In this document: positions 14,871 through 31,139 of the stretch, piece by piece
How positions within the stretch are numbered: the first letter of the stretch is position 1
How the letters are laid out: each line of letters opens with the position of its first letter
Assembly: GCA_964016885.1 (NCBI GenBank)
Contig: OZ024747.1
Coordinates: 55,862,001 to 55,926,000 of the forward strand
Length of the DNA stretch: 64,000 bases
Direction: 5' to 3'
From: Eledone cirrhosa
Taxonomy: Eukaryota
Notes under the pieces: generated by a model
What the model saw: only the letters and a program-made list of their open reading frames with translations
The model's database searches: none
What the model was told of the DNA's origin: nothing
Translations under genes and position numbers: made by a program

Positions 14871-16093
14871 CATTATATATATATATATAAAAGAAACAGG
14901 TGCTGTGCGGTTGCTGGATAAAGTGTATTTATAACTAAGAGGAAAGTATGAACGGGGGATAATTTCCCTTCATCAGTTGTCTTCTGGAGACCACGGACAT
15001 TTCTATGCATTAAAGACATGTCTAGCTCCAGTGCGTCAATAACTAAAGGAAGTTATTGGGGAAAAAAAGGAGAGAGAGAAAATAATATATAACTGAAGGA
15101 AACAAGGAATAAAAAAATAAAAAAAAATAATGAAAAAAAAAAAATAAATAAAAATAAAAAGTGGAAAACAATATACCAAAGAGGGAAACACGAAAGCAAC
15201 CGAAGAGAGAGAAAAAGTTAAAGTCAACATCAGCTACTGGACTTAAGACTGAGATTGTGTGGACGTTAAAAAACAGGTCTGTCCTCCACAAGGGTAGGTT
15301 AAAAAGAAACAGGTGAGAGGAACAAGCGAGAGAAACAGTGGAAGCAGTGGGGGTGGCTAGCAGAGAGAGGGAGAGTAAAAGTGAGAATGAGATGCTTTAC
15401 CAGTGAAAATAAGTCCTGATTGAAAATGAATCCTTTTATGATTTGATGATACCAGACTTAATGTTGATTGTTGTGTGTATATGTTGGACAGGAGAGGACT
15501 GAAAGTGAACCTGGTCATGAGGGGCAAGATGCAGTTTACAGTAGAGGAGATTGTGGTGGTATACTCATGTGATACATAAGCAGGATGACAACTGCATAAA
15601 CATGTGCAAGGTGCTCAAAAGCAATGGAAACTATGGCTGACGTCCACCTAGGAAAGCTTGGTTTGCAGTGATAAAAGCTGACCTCACACAATTACATCTC
15701 TCAAATGAGATAAAAGTATCAAGATCTCTCACAATATAATGTGCTGCAGAAAACTCACATTCCCAAGCACACAGGATGAAATGAACATGTAGAGGGCACT
15801 AATCTTCACCATACTATCCCCAACACATGCACACCTTTCAAATATTAATTTCCATCCCACGTCCATCCTCAACTAAGCATCCCACCCTAGAACTCCTCAT
15901 CCATGTCTACCTTGCCTATTAATTCCTTCCCGCTTCAATTTCCACACACTGGGAATTCCACTCCTGCCCAATACATACATAGAAGCAAGGACAACTGGAC
16001 ATTGTTCCACACTTGAACTTTCTTAGTGCTACTGACATGATAAAAACACCCAGGCCACCCTATAAGGTGTTGGTGACATAACAAAAGCACCCA

Positions 16094-16410
16094 ATCAATT
16101 TGAGAAAGAAATTGGGTATAAGAGGGATAAGTTGAGGCGTGCAGGCGAGAAGGTTTAGATGGTATGGACATGTGATGCGCATGGAGGATGACCGCTGGAT
16201 AAAGAAGTGCCAAGAAATCCCAGTAGAAGGAAGATACTGTAGAGGTAGACCACGAAAAACATGGGCAGAGGTGGTGACAGCAGACCTCAGATCACTGAAA
16301 CTCACCGAGGAGATGACGAAGGACTGTGACAAGTGGAGAGATGCAGTGCTGAATAGGACCCGTCCAGCCCTTGCAAGCAGGGAAAAGCGGACGTAAAATG
16401 ATGATGATGA
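16094..16410 (+). mobile_element. 3' fragment of a second RTE family (RTE-B)
   Basis: [12 protein letters not shown]...GRPRKTW RTE C-terminus; ends cccttgcaagcagggaaaagcggacgtaaaat(gat)n. Confidence 0.85.
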
Positions 16411-16576
16411 AATTATAGAGGTTGGATTCTTATAGAATTCCAGTAATAATCAGGAAGTGATTCGTGTATACATCGCTATTTCAGAGCACCAATCCTACTT
16501 TTTAATTTTTGCTGGACCGGCAATCGCTCTGTAAAATCAGTTCCTGATTATTTCTGGAATCCAGCCCCTATAATTT
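16410..16576. repeat. imperfect inverted repeat, MITE-like
   Basis: aattatagaggttggattc..cagtaataatcaggaagtgatt mirrored by aatcagttcctgattatttctggaatccagcccctataatt. Confidence 0.6.
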
Positions 16577-16895
16577 TCGGCAGAGGCGGGGAGTGCGATG
16601 CTCTGAGGATCGCCAACAGCATGAAACAGAATCTGTCAGCTTCTCTCCCTTCTTTTGTTGGAAAAAGAAGTAAGTGACATAGTCACTACTTTAAAAATGA
16701 TAGCGCAAGGTCTTCAAAATGTTTTTAATTAAACATACGGTATATTGCCAAATATACTATACATACATTCATTTATATATGTCTATATATATATATATAT
16801 ATGTATATATAAATATATTTATATATATGTATATATAGATATATGTCAATATATATATATATTTATATATATATGTGTATATATATATATTTATA

Positions 16896-16939
<44 letters not shown>

Positions 16940-16970
16940 AGCTCGTGAATTTATCCTTGATCAGATATTT

Positions 16971-17013
16971 CCAGAAGTCAATGAAACCCCAAGGGGTAGA
17001 AACGTAATCCTGG
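16971..17013 (+). ncRNA. decayed type I hammerhead ribozyme-like motif
   Basis: ccag / mutated core (tcaatga) / acccc-aa-ggggt / GAAAcgtaaTC / ctgg. Confidence 0.4.
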
Positions 17014-17295
17014 TAATTTTATATACATATTTTCTTCTAACTTTAATTTTATACCTAATTGTTTATGGCTGACAATATATTTAATCGATTTCCACGTGCT
17101 ATTGAAATGCTGGGTAAATATTATATAGCTGTTGATCGCGAATAGATGGCTGTCGTTTATTTATCTATTATTTCTTCATAGGTGCCTTTTAATCTTATAG
17201 CCTGGTTTAATTGGTTTTCTGTGTGGTTGATTATGCTGATTGGGAGAGGAGATGGTGTATATATCTTATCAAATGATTCTTTGGCATACTTTATA

Positions 17296-17366
<71 letters not shown>

Positions 17367-17486
17367 TATATATATATATGTTATATATGTCTATATATAT
17401 ATATGTCTATATATGTCTATATATATATATATATGTCTATATATATCTATCTATATATCTATATATCTATATATATATATATATAT

Positions 17487-18112
17487 ATAAATTCAGTGAG
17501 AATCGTATTTCGGCGAGTAGAAATAAGCGAAACGCAATATCCGATTTATGCTGGCAAGCGCTCCATGGACCAAAAGAGACCAGAGCAATAAACATATGTT
17601 ATAAAGGCCATACAAACTGAGACGGCGGTTAAGAAGCTATCAACCACCTAAGCCAAAAAAACGAAGCAAGCTAAACGGGTCAAACAAAATATGAAAGAAA
17701 GATTTACCCGGACCCCATGGAAATGATGGTTTAATCCAGTACACGGTTTCTGCGACACCTAAAACAATAATACTGTCTGCTTAAAAAAATAAGCGTTTGG
17801 TATAATGATCGAACAAGGATATCACTTTCTCAACAAATATTTTGTTCTACGCCAGCGTTTTGAATCACACAGGGTTTTGAAAGCACATGTGTAACTCTAC
17901 AGGGGAGAAAACAGCAAATTTTGGCAAATGAATTCAATATGTGTAATCGATGCAAAAATTGCAAAAACAACACAAATCGAATTAAGCTCTCGACCAGGTA
18001 GCTTATACAATAAACTTAAGCAATTAATCAGTCAACACAATTATCTTAAAAAAATTAACTGGTTAATTGTTAGACTCGGGAGATTAATACAAATATAAAT
18101 TCAGCGAGAATC
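17487..18112. repeat. unclassified ~600-bp unit whose first ~20 bp recur at its end
   Basis: taaattcagtgagaatc at 17488 and taaattcagcgagaatc at 18096; (TA)n on both sides. Confidence 0.55.
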
Positions 18113-18149
18113 TATATATATATGTCTATATATGTATATATATTTTCTC

Positions 18150-18990
18150 CAGCTGTCACATATGTTCTGCAGTTGCTGCCCATATCTTACTACCATGCAG
18201 CATCGCGCATCTCACACAATCATCATATAACTATCCTTTCGTACGCAGGGAGAAAACCTTCTTTGTCAACAGAGGAAGCAGCTCCCTAACCTTCTTCCAA
18301 CCCGTCCTTATTCTAGATAAAATGGCCTTGAAACAACCCCTTACATGCTAATCTGATCACATAGGTACCGGAAGCTATCAACTACTTCTATAGAACCCAT
18401 CTGCATTGGAAAAATGTCTATCACTGCGATTACTACTGCCAACTTACCCTGTACATCTACTGCATACATAGTTTTCCCTACCTGTTAGTTTGCCTGCTAT
18501 CCCACTACATCTCTTGTGTACCCAAGATCTGCATTGCGTACATTTTATGGGATTTATGCCAGTTCCTTTCCTACATATCGAACATGTCCATTTCCCTGAT
18601 GGAATAAGACAATTGTCCTCTCTTCTACTTATCAACACTTTTGTCTTAGCTATGTTCACTATCAGTCCACTTGATTCCAACTGCTGTTTCCATAGCCAGA
18701 ATTTATTCTCTAGCTCCTCTACTGATCCTGCTATAAGAACCAGATCATCAGCATAGAAAAGTTCCCATGGGCATCCAGTCTTAAACTCCTCTCTTATGGC
18801 TTGGAGGACTAGAATGAACAAGAACGGGCTGAGGAGCGAACCCTGATGTACACCTACTTGTATCTGGAATTCTTCACTAAACTAAATACCTACTCTTACT
18901 TTACAGACAGCATCCCTGTACATAGCCTGCACTGTCCACAAGCCATACCTCTACACCTAGTTTCCTTATGAACCACCAGATGGCAGATCG
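18150..18990 (-). pseudogene. older RTE RT/PHD fragment
   Basis: WELFYADD, CSICRKG..C..C..WVH..C..CSRC; frameshifted. Confidence 0.85.
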
Positions 18991-19019
18991 GGGTACCGAT
19001 ATATACGTATACACACGCA

Positions 19020-19114
<95 letters not shown>

Positions 19115-19116
<2 letters not shown>

Positions 19117-21735
19117 CATCATCATCATCATCACCGTTTTACGTCCATTCTTCCACGCTAGCATGGGTTAGACGGGTTGTCCTGTTGTGGGCAGTGTCTG
19201 GTCGGCTGACCATGCCTTGCTCATACAGGAACTGATCTGGCTTGATTTCTACAGCTGGATGCCCTTCCTAACACCAACCTCATTTACAGTGAGTGCTGAG
19301 TGCTTTTTCGTGGCGCCTACACGTCCACTTTACAGTGTGGGCTGGGTGCTTTTTTGCCGTGGCACCTCCACGACCACCTTGCGGTGAGGGGAGTGGGGGC
19401 ATATTGTTTATATGCTTCAGCATGTACCCATGGGCGGTCGGGTACCCTGTATTACTGCGTGACGCCAGAAGTCACGGTCGTGTGTCATTGTCTTTGAGAG
19501 GTGTAGTTGGGTAAGGTCGGCTTTTATCACCTCATCCCAAGTCATCTTGGGTCTCCCCACTCCGCGGTTTCCATCAACTTGTAGTGCTCTGCACCTTTTT
19601 ATGCAGCTGTCATCCTTCATACGCATCACATGTCCATACCAGCGTAACCGCCTCTCCTGCACGCAGCATTTGATTCCTCTTATGCTCAGTCTCTCTCTCA
19701 ATTCCTTTATGCTTTGTCGTTCACGTATTTTACTGTTACACATCCATCGGAGCATGCAGGCTTCGTTTCTCTCTAATCTACGTAAGTCTTCCACCTTCAG
19801 CGCCCAGGTCGCACTACTATGCAACATCGCTGTTCGGATACACGCATCATACAGTCTGCCTTTCATTCTGAGGGAGAAGCCTTGTGCAGCTAGCAGTGGT
19901 AGTAGTTCCCTAAACTTCTTCCATCCCGTTCTTACCCTAGTTATTGTACTTTCTGAGCACCCACCTCCGTTGCTAATTCGGTCACCTAGGTAGCAGAAGC
20001 TGTCTACTGTTTCTACAGGGCCCTCCCAGAGATTGGTGGTACTTGTTTCCTGTGGCTGTTTGCTTGCTGTTTCAGCACAGCTGCTGCATGTGAATCCTAC
20101 ATTCTTAATTAAGCTTCCTGAGATCCCGCTACATCTCTTGTGTACCCATTGTTTGCATTTGGGGCAGAGAATGGAGTTCCTACCTACACCTTTCCTACAT
20201 ACTGAGCAAGGCCATTTCCCTGAGGGGATCTGGGTTCTGTTTTCTCGTCTACTTACAAGGACCTTAGTCTTTGTCATGTTGACTTTGAGGCCCTTTCTCT
20301 CTAGTCCCTGCTTCCAGGTTTGGAATTTATTCTCTAGTTCTACCATAGATTCAGCTATGAGTGCGAGGTCATCAGCATACAGGAGTTCCCATGGGCATCC
20401 GGTCTTAAACTCCTCCGTTATTGCCTGCAGGACTATGATGAGCAGGAGAGGGCTAAGAACAGAGCCCTGGTGGACCCCAACCTGTACGCTAAATTCCTCG
20501 CTATACTCATTGCTAATCCTAATTTTGCTGACTGCTCCCCTATACATGGCTTGTACCGCTTTCACAAGCCATTCATCTACTCCTAGTTTTCTAAGGGCCC
20601 ACCAGATTACTGCACGTGGAACTCTGTCAAAGGCTTTCTCAAGGTCGACAAATGCCAAGTAGAGTGGCTTACTTTTAGCTAGGTACTTTTCCTGTAATTG
20701 CCTCACAAGGAAGAGGGCATCAGTGGTGCCTCTCCCTGGTACAAACCCAAATTGCATCTCGTCTATATTCACCCGGTCCCTAATCAGCTGTGCTATAACT
20801 CTTTCTGTTACTTTCATGACCTGGTCCATCAACTTTATACCTCTATAGTTTCCTCTATCTAGTGCATCGCCTTTATCTTTGTAGCAGTTGACAATGATGC
20901 TACTGCACCAATCTTTTTGGTATGGCCCCTTCTAGTATTACCTGGTTAACGATATGTGTGGTTATAGTGTGACCTACAGACCCAGATGCCTTCAGCATCT
21001 CGGCAGCTATACCCGATGGACCGGTTGCCTTCCCCATCTTCATATCTCTGATTGCCTTACTTACTACGCTTCCGCTGACTTGTACTGCTGGTCCCTCTAT
21101 AGGGTCTACATGGGGTAGGGTCTCTTCTTCCCATGCATTCTCCTCATTTAGTAATCTATCATAATGACTTTTCCATGCATCTTTCTTCTCAGCACTTGTG
21201 AGGGCAAGCTCACCTTTATCATTCCGGATACACTTCTCTCCAGTGACATCACAACTATCTCTGACACACTGCCTCGCAATCTTGAATACCTCCTGTTTCT
21301 GGTCCTCACGTTGTAAAACATGCTTGAATTTTCTATCCTCTGCTTCCCTCCTAGCTAAGTATACTTGTCGCCTAGCTTCCCTCTTGGTCTCTATGTAATG
21401 TACCCTGCTCCCCCCGTTCTTCCATTCTTTCCATGCCTGTCTCTTGGCCTTGACTGCTTCATCTACCTTATCGTTCCACCACCATGTCACTCTCCTCCTG
21501 CTTAAGGTCTTACTCCAGCCACAAACCTCATCCGTCGCCTCTAGTAAGTTATTTTTTAGGAACTCCCAGTTCTCTTCTACGTTAAATGTCTGTATCTGTT
21601 CTTCTTTACTGTCGTAGGCGTTGAGTAAAATATCTTTAAATCTGTTACTGGTTGAGGGGACTTTCAGCTTCCAGATCTTTCTTCTCCAGGTTGGCCTCTG
21701 TTTCCGGGTTCGGGCCTCTGTTTCCGGCCTCTGTT
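19115..21735 (-). mobile_element. 5'-truncated RTE-A copy with one frameshift
   Basis: Near-identical to 46344-48915; extra T in the run at 20914-20918; (GAT)n tail. Confidence 0.95.
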
Positions 21736-24100
<2,365 letters not shown>

Positions 24101-24169
24101 TTCGTTTCTGAATTTGTTTAGCAAGATTCTTTATCTGAAATCGTGTGTTGAAACCGATATTGTTATATT

Positions 24170-24487
24170 GTAAAATAAGCCCCCATATTAACTGTAAAAC
24201 TAGAAATGTAGTGTATAGCATAAGATGTACTGAAGGACAATGTAGAAACAAAAATATAGTGTACATAGGTGAGACAGCTCGTAGTATAGGGGAACGAATA
24301 AATGAACACTGGCGAGACCTTCAAGTTAATAAAGAATCATCTGTGATCTACCAACATGCTAAGATAGAACACAGGGGTAGATTAGAGAACATAGAAATAA
24401 AAATAGAATCCACACACAGAAAAGATGCAATGTTTACGCAAATTACAGAGGCAGTAAGCATAAAAGAATTACAACCAAAATTAAATG
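24170..24487 (+). pseudogene. Penelope-like element GIY-YIG endonuclease fragment
   Basis: CKTRNVVYSIRC..C..YIGETARS..ERINEH..H..H (GIY-YIG with CCHH). Confidence 0.85.
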
Positions 24488-24521
24488 GGGTGGGGGTGGT
24501 GGCGGGACGGGGTGTATTTTG

Positions 24522-24790
24522 TTAGAGATGACTACTGGCAAGGCGGGTCTTCTCTGTTACTGAGTACCGCCAAAGGTCTCGGTCCAGTGACAATGTCTTG
24601 GAGAGGTGTAAGTGTGTGAGGTCGGAGTTTATCAGCTCGTACCAGGTTTTTCTAGGTCTGCCTATTCCGTGGCTACCGTCTATCTTTATTGCCCTGCACT
24701 TTGTTATACAGCTATCGACTTTCATGCGCATCACGTGTCCATACCAACGTAACCTTCTCTCGAGTAAACAACATCTGATCCCTCTTATCA
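24522..24790 (-). pseudogene. RTE C-terminal fragment
   Basis: [13 protein letters not shown]...GRPRKTW. Confidence 0.85.
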
Positions 24791-25141
24791 TATAAATAGC
24801 GGCAATGAATTAGTTTAGCGAGGTTTTTTATATGAAATCGTGTGTCGAAACAAATATTGTTATACTTGGGGAGGGTTATATTTGTGTAATATTGCTAGAA
24901 TTAATAACAGAACACACTCACTGTTTGGTTGGTTTTCGCATCCCGCTTCTGTGTCTTTTATATCGGTAATCTAACTTACTCGGTCCTCAATGTTGCCATT
25001 GACTGACCGACGGTCAAAAATAATACAAATACAATATAGACACAAACACATATATATAGTTTATCATAAATCTTTCGTTGCACATCTGCAACATCGTCAG
25101 TGGTGCTATCTTTTCCTCCTGTTGTATTGTATGTCTACGCC

Positions 25142-25166
25142 ATATATATATATGTAAATGTATATG

Positions 25167-25217
<51 letters not shown>

Positions 25218-25229
25218 GTATATATAAAT

Positions 25230-25293
<64 letters not shown>

Positions 25294-25344
25294 GTATAGA
25301 TATATACATGTATATATATATATACATGTATATATATGTATATA

Positions 25345-25419
<75 letters not shown>

Positions 25420-25530
25420 GTATATATATATATATGTATATATATATATGTATATATATATATACATGTATATATATATATAAATGTATATATATATATG
25501 TATATATATGTATATATATATGTATGTATG

Positions 25531-25575
<45 letters not shown>

Positions 25576-25616
25576 GTATATGTATATATATATATGTATA
25601 TGTATATATGTATATG

Positions 25617-25647
<31 letters not shown>

Positions 25648-25784
25648 GTATATATATGTATATGTATATATATGTATATATATATATATGTATATATATA
25701 TGTATATATATATGTATATATATATATGTATATATATATATATGTATATATATATGTATATATATATATATGTATATATATATG

Positions 25785-25865
<81 letters not shown>

Positions 25866-25866
25866 A

Positions 25867-25909
<43 letters not shown>

Positions 25910-25914
25910 ATATA

Positions 25915-25947
<33 letters not shown>

Positions 25948-25952
25948 ATATA

Positions 25953-25985
<33 letters not shown>

Positions 25986-25990
25986 ATATA

Positions 25991-26023
<33 letters not shown>

Positions 26024-26058
26024 ATATATGTATATATGTATATATATGTATATATATA

Positions 26059-26091
<33 letters not shown>

Positions 26092-26098
26092 ATATATG

Positions 26099-26129
<31 letters not shown>

Positions 26130-26186
26130 GTATATATGTATATATATGTATATATATATATGTATATATATATGTATATATATATG

Positions 26187-26219
<33 letters not shown>

Positions 26220-26262
26220 GTATATATATATGTATATATATATATATATGTATATATATATG

Positions 26263-26295
<33 letters not shown>

Positions 26296-26308
26296 GTATA
26301 TATATATG

Positions 26309-26339
<31 letters not shown>

Positions 26340-26352
26340 GTATATATATATG

Positions 26353-26406
<54 letters not shown>

Positions 26407-26606
26407 ATATATATATATATGTATATATATATATGTATATATGTATATATATATATATATGTATATATGTATATATATGTATATATATATATATATGTAT
26501 ATATGTATATATATGTATATATGGGTATATATGTATATATGTATATATATGTATATATATATATATATGTATATATGTATATATATGTATATATGGGTAT
26601 ATATAT
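25142..26606. repeat. interrupted (TA)n
   Basis: Direct reading. Confidence 0.97.
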
Positions 26607-29051
26607 ACAACGAGGTGCCACAAAAACGTCCTAGACTTAATTTTCAGCAATCACACTGACAATATCCACAATATTGCAGTGGAGAAAACTCTACTCTCTG
26701 ATCATGACATGGTTCTCTGTGATCTGAGATTCCACCGTCCAATATACAAACCCAATGTCATTTCTCCTGCCCATCCGTTTGACGCTATGGATTTCCACAA
26801 TGCAAACTGGGAAGCGATCAGTCATGATCTTGCACATGTCGACTGGTCCTACACGCACACTCATACACCCACTAACATCAAAAAGTCCTGGCAGACATTT
26901 GTGGACACTGTTACAAACATATGTGCTAAACACACCCCATTAAGAACTATAAACAAATCTAAGAGCAGAATCCCTAGAAATAGAAAAACGCTCATCAGAA
27001 AAATTAAGAGAACGAACAAAAAAATCAACAATCTGAAATACTGTCAGCAGCAACACATCAACTTGACTGCCATTTCATCACTAGAGATTAAAAAACATAA
27101 CCTCCAAAACAACATAATGTCCCTCATCAACAATCAGAGAAGAGCTGAAGAGGCCTGGGCCATTGAGAAGATCAAACTCAATCCCAAAGTGTTCTTTTCA
27201 TTTGCAAAAAAACACAAAATCACTGGCTCTACTGTTGGCCCTCTAATTGATGAAAATGGCACTCTTCAAGACAATGCAGAAACAATACTGCTCTGTTTTC
27301 AGCAATCCTGATATGGCCGATCTGGGCTGTATCGGCGATGTTACTCCCCATTACACCTTATCGGACATAACGTTTGGCGCCCCTGATGTCTTGGCGGCAA
27401 TAAAGGAAATCAAGCATAATTCAGCAGTAGGTCCCGATAGGTTCCCTGCTTGTGTCTTGAAGGCGTGTCAACACCAACTTGCTTCTCCTCTTGCCAATCT
27501 GTGGCGGAACTCACTGGATGCTGGATATGTGCCAGAAAACCTTCTATCCCAGTCTGTTGTCCCAGTTTTCAAAAAGGGAAACAAATCCCTTGCCGTGAAT
27601 TACCGTCCAATCTCACTCACCTCTCATATCATTAAGGTATTTGAGCGAGTGGTGAGATCGCGAATGACCCACTTCCTTGAGAGTAACAATATGCTGAACT
27701 CCAACCAGCATGGATTCCGTAATGGAAGGGATTGCCTGACGCAACTACTGCATCACTTTGATGACATTTTGAGAGCCTTGGGAGAGGGTTCCAACACTGA
27801 TGTTATCTACCTTGATTTCAGCAAGGCCTTTGACAGGGTTGATCATAACATTCTACTGAGAAAGCTGTCCAATATTGGTGTCACTGGAAAGCTGCTGCAG
27901 TGGATCAAGAGCTTCCTGTCAAACAGAACCCAACATGTTGTAGTTGAGGGAGTCAAATCAAGCCCAGCCAAAGTCAGTAGTGGAGTCCCACAAGGCACTG
28001 TGTTGGGCCCACTTCTCTTCATCATCTATATTAATGACATCACTGACATCATCAAACACAGCAACATTAAAATTTTCGCTGATGATTCCAAGCTCCAAAA
28101 GGTCATCAATGGCGTGGATGACCGGATAAGCCTTCAGTCAGACCTACTGGCTGTTACCCAATGGGCAGAAAAGAACAACATGTTACTGAACGAAGACAAA
28201 TTCGAACTGATCCACTTTGGAAAAGAGGATGCTCTGAAACTCCCGTACTCCCTTCCCTCCGGGGAAACTCTCGTGGCATCTAACAACATCAGAGACTTGG
28301 GAGTAACCGTGGACAGCAACATAAGCTGGACCACGCATATAAGCAGCAAAGTTGACATGGCCCGCAGAATGTGTTCCTGGATCCTCAGAACCTTCCAGTC
28401 GAGAGATTCCCGCACCATTATCCTTCTCTTCTCTACTTTCGCCCGACCACACCTTGAATACTGTTGTCCACTGTGGTCTCCCCACACGAAACAAAGTATC
28501 ATGAAACTTGAAGCTCCTCAAAGGGCAATCACGAAAAAGATAGATGGCATGTCAGACCTTGACTACTGGGGTCGATTGGAAAACCTGAAACTTTACTCAC
28601 TCCAACGTCGCCGTGAGCGTTATATTATCTGCATGATGTGGAAAATGTTCCATCATCACTGCCCAAATGATGTTGGCATCGCCTTCAAGATACACCCAAG
28701 GCTTGGGCCCCGTGCTATCCGTCCCATTCAAAAATCTAAATCGCAACTCATAACAACAATACGGCACAATTATTTCACCTCAATCGGCCCTGCTCTCTTC
28801 AACATCACACCAGGACACGTCAAAACAGAAACTGACCACACAAAATTCAAGAAGTCTTTGGACAAATTCCTCCAAGTAATCCCGGACAAACCACCCACAC
28901 CCGGATATGTCTCCGCAAACAGTAATTCTCTTCTCGAATGGGCCATGGTGCCCAAATCCTGAATTGAAAGACTTCGCCAGGTGGTGCTATTAAGTTAGAC
29001 ATGGCCTGGGCCAATACTGGCCAAAACATTTCAAAGTTATTCAAAGTTATA
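26607..29051 (+). mobile_element. 5'-truncated CR1/L2-group (Jockey-like RT) LINE with one frameshift
   Basis: APE C-terminus (LDLIF..SDH), RT motifs NYRPISLTS, YLDFSKAFD, GVPQGTVLGPLLF, FADD; tail ttcaaagttattcaaagttat. Confidence 0.92.
27247..28962 (+). pseudogene. RT-containing ORF of the CR1/L2-group LINE
   Basis: 571-aa open frame, separated from the upstream frame by a frameshift near 27280. Confidence 0.9.
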
Positions 29052-29087
29052 TATGTATATATATATGTGTATATATGTATATATATA

Positions 29088-29118
<31 letters not shown>

Positions 29119-29183
29119 GTGTATATATGTATATATATATGTGTATATATGTATATATATATATGTGTATATATGTATATATA

Positions 29184-29224
<41 letters not shown>

Positions 29225-29387
29225 ATATATGTATATATATATATGTGTATATATATATATATGTGTATATATGTATATATATATATATATGTCTATATAT
29301 ATATATATGTGTATATATGTATATATATATATGTGTGTATATATATATATATGTGTATATATGTGTATATGTGTATATGTATATATG

Positions 29388-29418
<31 letters not shown>

Positions 29419-29491
29419 GTGTATATATGTATATATATATATATGTATATATATATATGTGTATATATGTATATATATATATATATGTGTG

Positions 29492-29524
<33 letters not shown>

Positions 29525-29564
29525 GTGTATATATGTATATATATATATATATATGTGTATGTAT

Positions 29565-29598
<34 letters not shown>

Positions 29599-29613
29599 AT
29601 GTATATGTATATG

Positions 29614-29644
<31 letters not shown>

Positions 29645-29651
29645 GTATATG

Positions 29652-29682
<31 letters not shown>

Positions 29683-29695
29683 GTATATGTATATG

Positions 29696-29742
<47 letters not shown>

Positions 29743-29882
29743 GTATATATATATATGTATATATATGTATATATATGTATATGTATATATATGTATATAT
29801 ATGTATATGTATATATATGTATATGTATATATATATGTATATGTATATATATATATGTATATGTATATATATGTATATGTAT

Positions 29883-29928
<46 letters not shown>

Positions 29929-29963
29929 ATGTATATATATATATATGTATATATATATATGTG

Positions 29964-29996
<33 letters not shown>

Positions 29997-30240
29997 GTAT
30001 ATTTATATGTATATATATGTGTTTATATATATATGTATATTTATATGTATATATATATATGTGTGTATATATATATGTATATATATATATGTATATATAT
30101 GTATATATATATATGTATATATATGTATACGTATATATATGTATATATATATATGTATATATATGTATATATATATATGTATATATATGTATACGTATAT
30201 ATATGTATATATATATATGTATATATATGTATATATATAT
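29052..30240. repeat. interrupted (TA)n
   Basis: Direct reading. Confidence 0.97.
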
Positions 30241-30423
30241 AATCACATATATATCATTTTCTCATTTTTCACTACTCTTACAAGTCTGTCTGTGTCTCTG
30301 CAGAATCCAATCTATATTTTATGAATCTGAAAATGAATTCTTCTTAATGTAATCAAAAGGAAACACAAAAACACAGTTTTGTGAAATGCCTCCTGGCTTT
30401 CCTTATTATTTATATTGATACTC

Positions 30424-30454
<31 letters not shown>

Positions 30455-30703
30455 CATTGTTGAATTTGTTATTGTTCTTATTGTTAGAGTTCTTGTTACT
30501 GTTGTTATTGTTGGTGTTGTTACTGATGTTGTTAGTGTTGTTGTAGATATTGCTATGGTTGTTGTTACTGTTGTTATTGTTAGTGTTCTTGTTACTGTTG
30601 TTATTGTTCTAGATCTTGCTATGTTTGCTGTTATTGTTGTTGCTGATGTTGGTGTTACTGTTGTTATTGTTAGTGTTGTTGTTAATGTTGTTCTTGTTAG
30701 TGT

Positions 30704-31104
30704 TGTAGAAGATCACGCCACCTAGCTTTGACTTTGGAGGCAGTCGATTAACTGCCCTTAGTTCTGACATCAGTAGCTGAATACACTCTTTTTTCAACTT
30801 TGTGTGTTGATGCGAGCAGACGCATTTCACTGTGGAGAAACAGCGATATCACACCATGCGGTCACGGGATATTTGAACACCGCCACAAAATGATAATTAC
30901 GAATTACCAATCAAGGAGCAACTGATATGATAACCTCTTTTGTTTACTGCTCTGATTAAAATGCTCATGTACATATAATCTCGAGGTATGTTCTTTTTGC
31001 TTAATTGTTTACCTACGCCTAACAACAAATAGAAGAGATGTCCTAGCAGCCAAGCTAGGGAAACGAACTCCCCTCTAAATCGTAAAACAACGCAGCCTTC
31101 TAAA
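30704..31104 (+). mobile_element. candidate 5' LTR of the Gypsy element
   Basis: Starts tgtagaag, ends cttctaaa (7/8 inverted match), followed by tggtgacc; no second LTR to confirm it. Confidence 0.45.
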
Positions 31105-31105
31105 A

Positions 31106-31139
31106 TGGTGACCATCTCTCCTAAAGTGGTTGACCCCGA
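31106..31139 (+). promoter_or_regulatory. tRNA-Trp-type primer binding site, apparently duplicated
   Basis: tggtgacc (31106) and tggttgaccccga (31127) resemble the tRNA-Trp PBS TGGTGACCCCGA. Confidence 0.55.

Noticed and set aside
24105-24170. GAAAC...GTTA half-hammerhead in a repeat also present at 24805
   Set aside because: No 5' core visible in either copy
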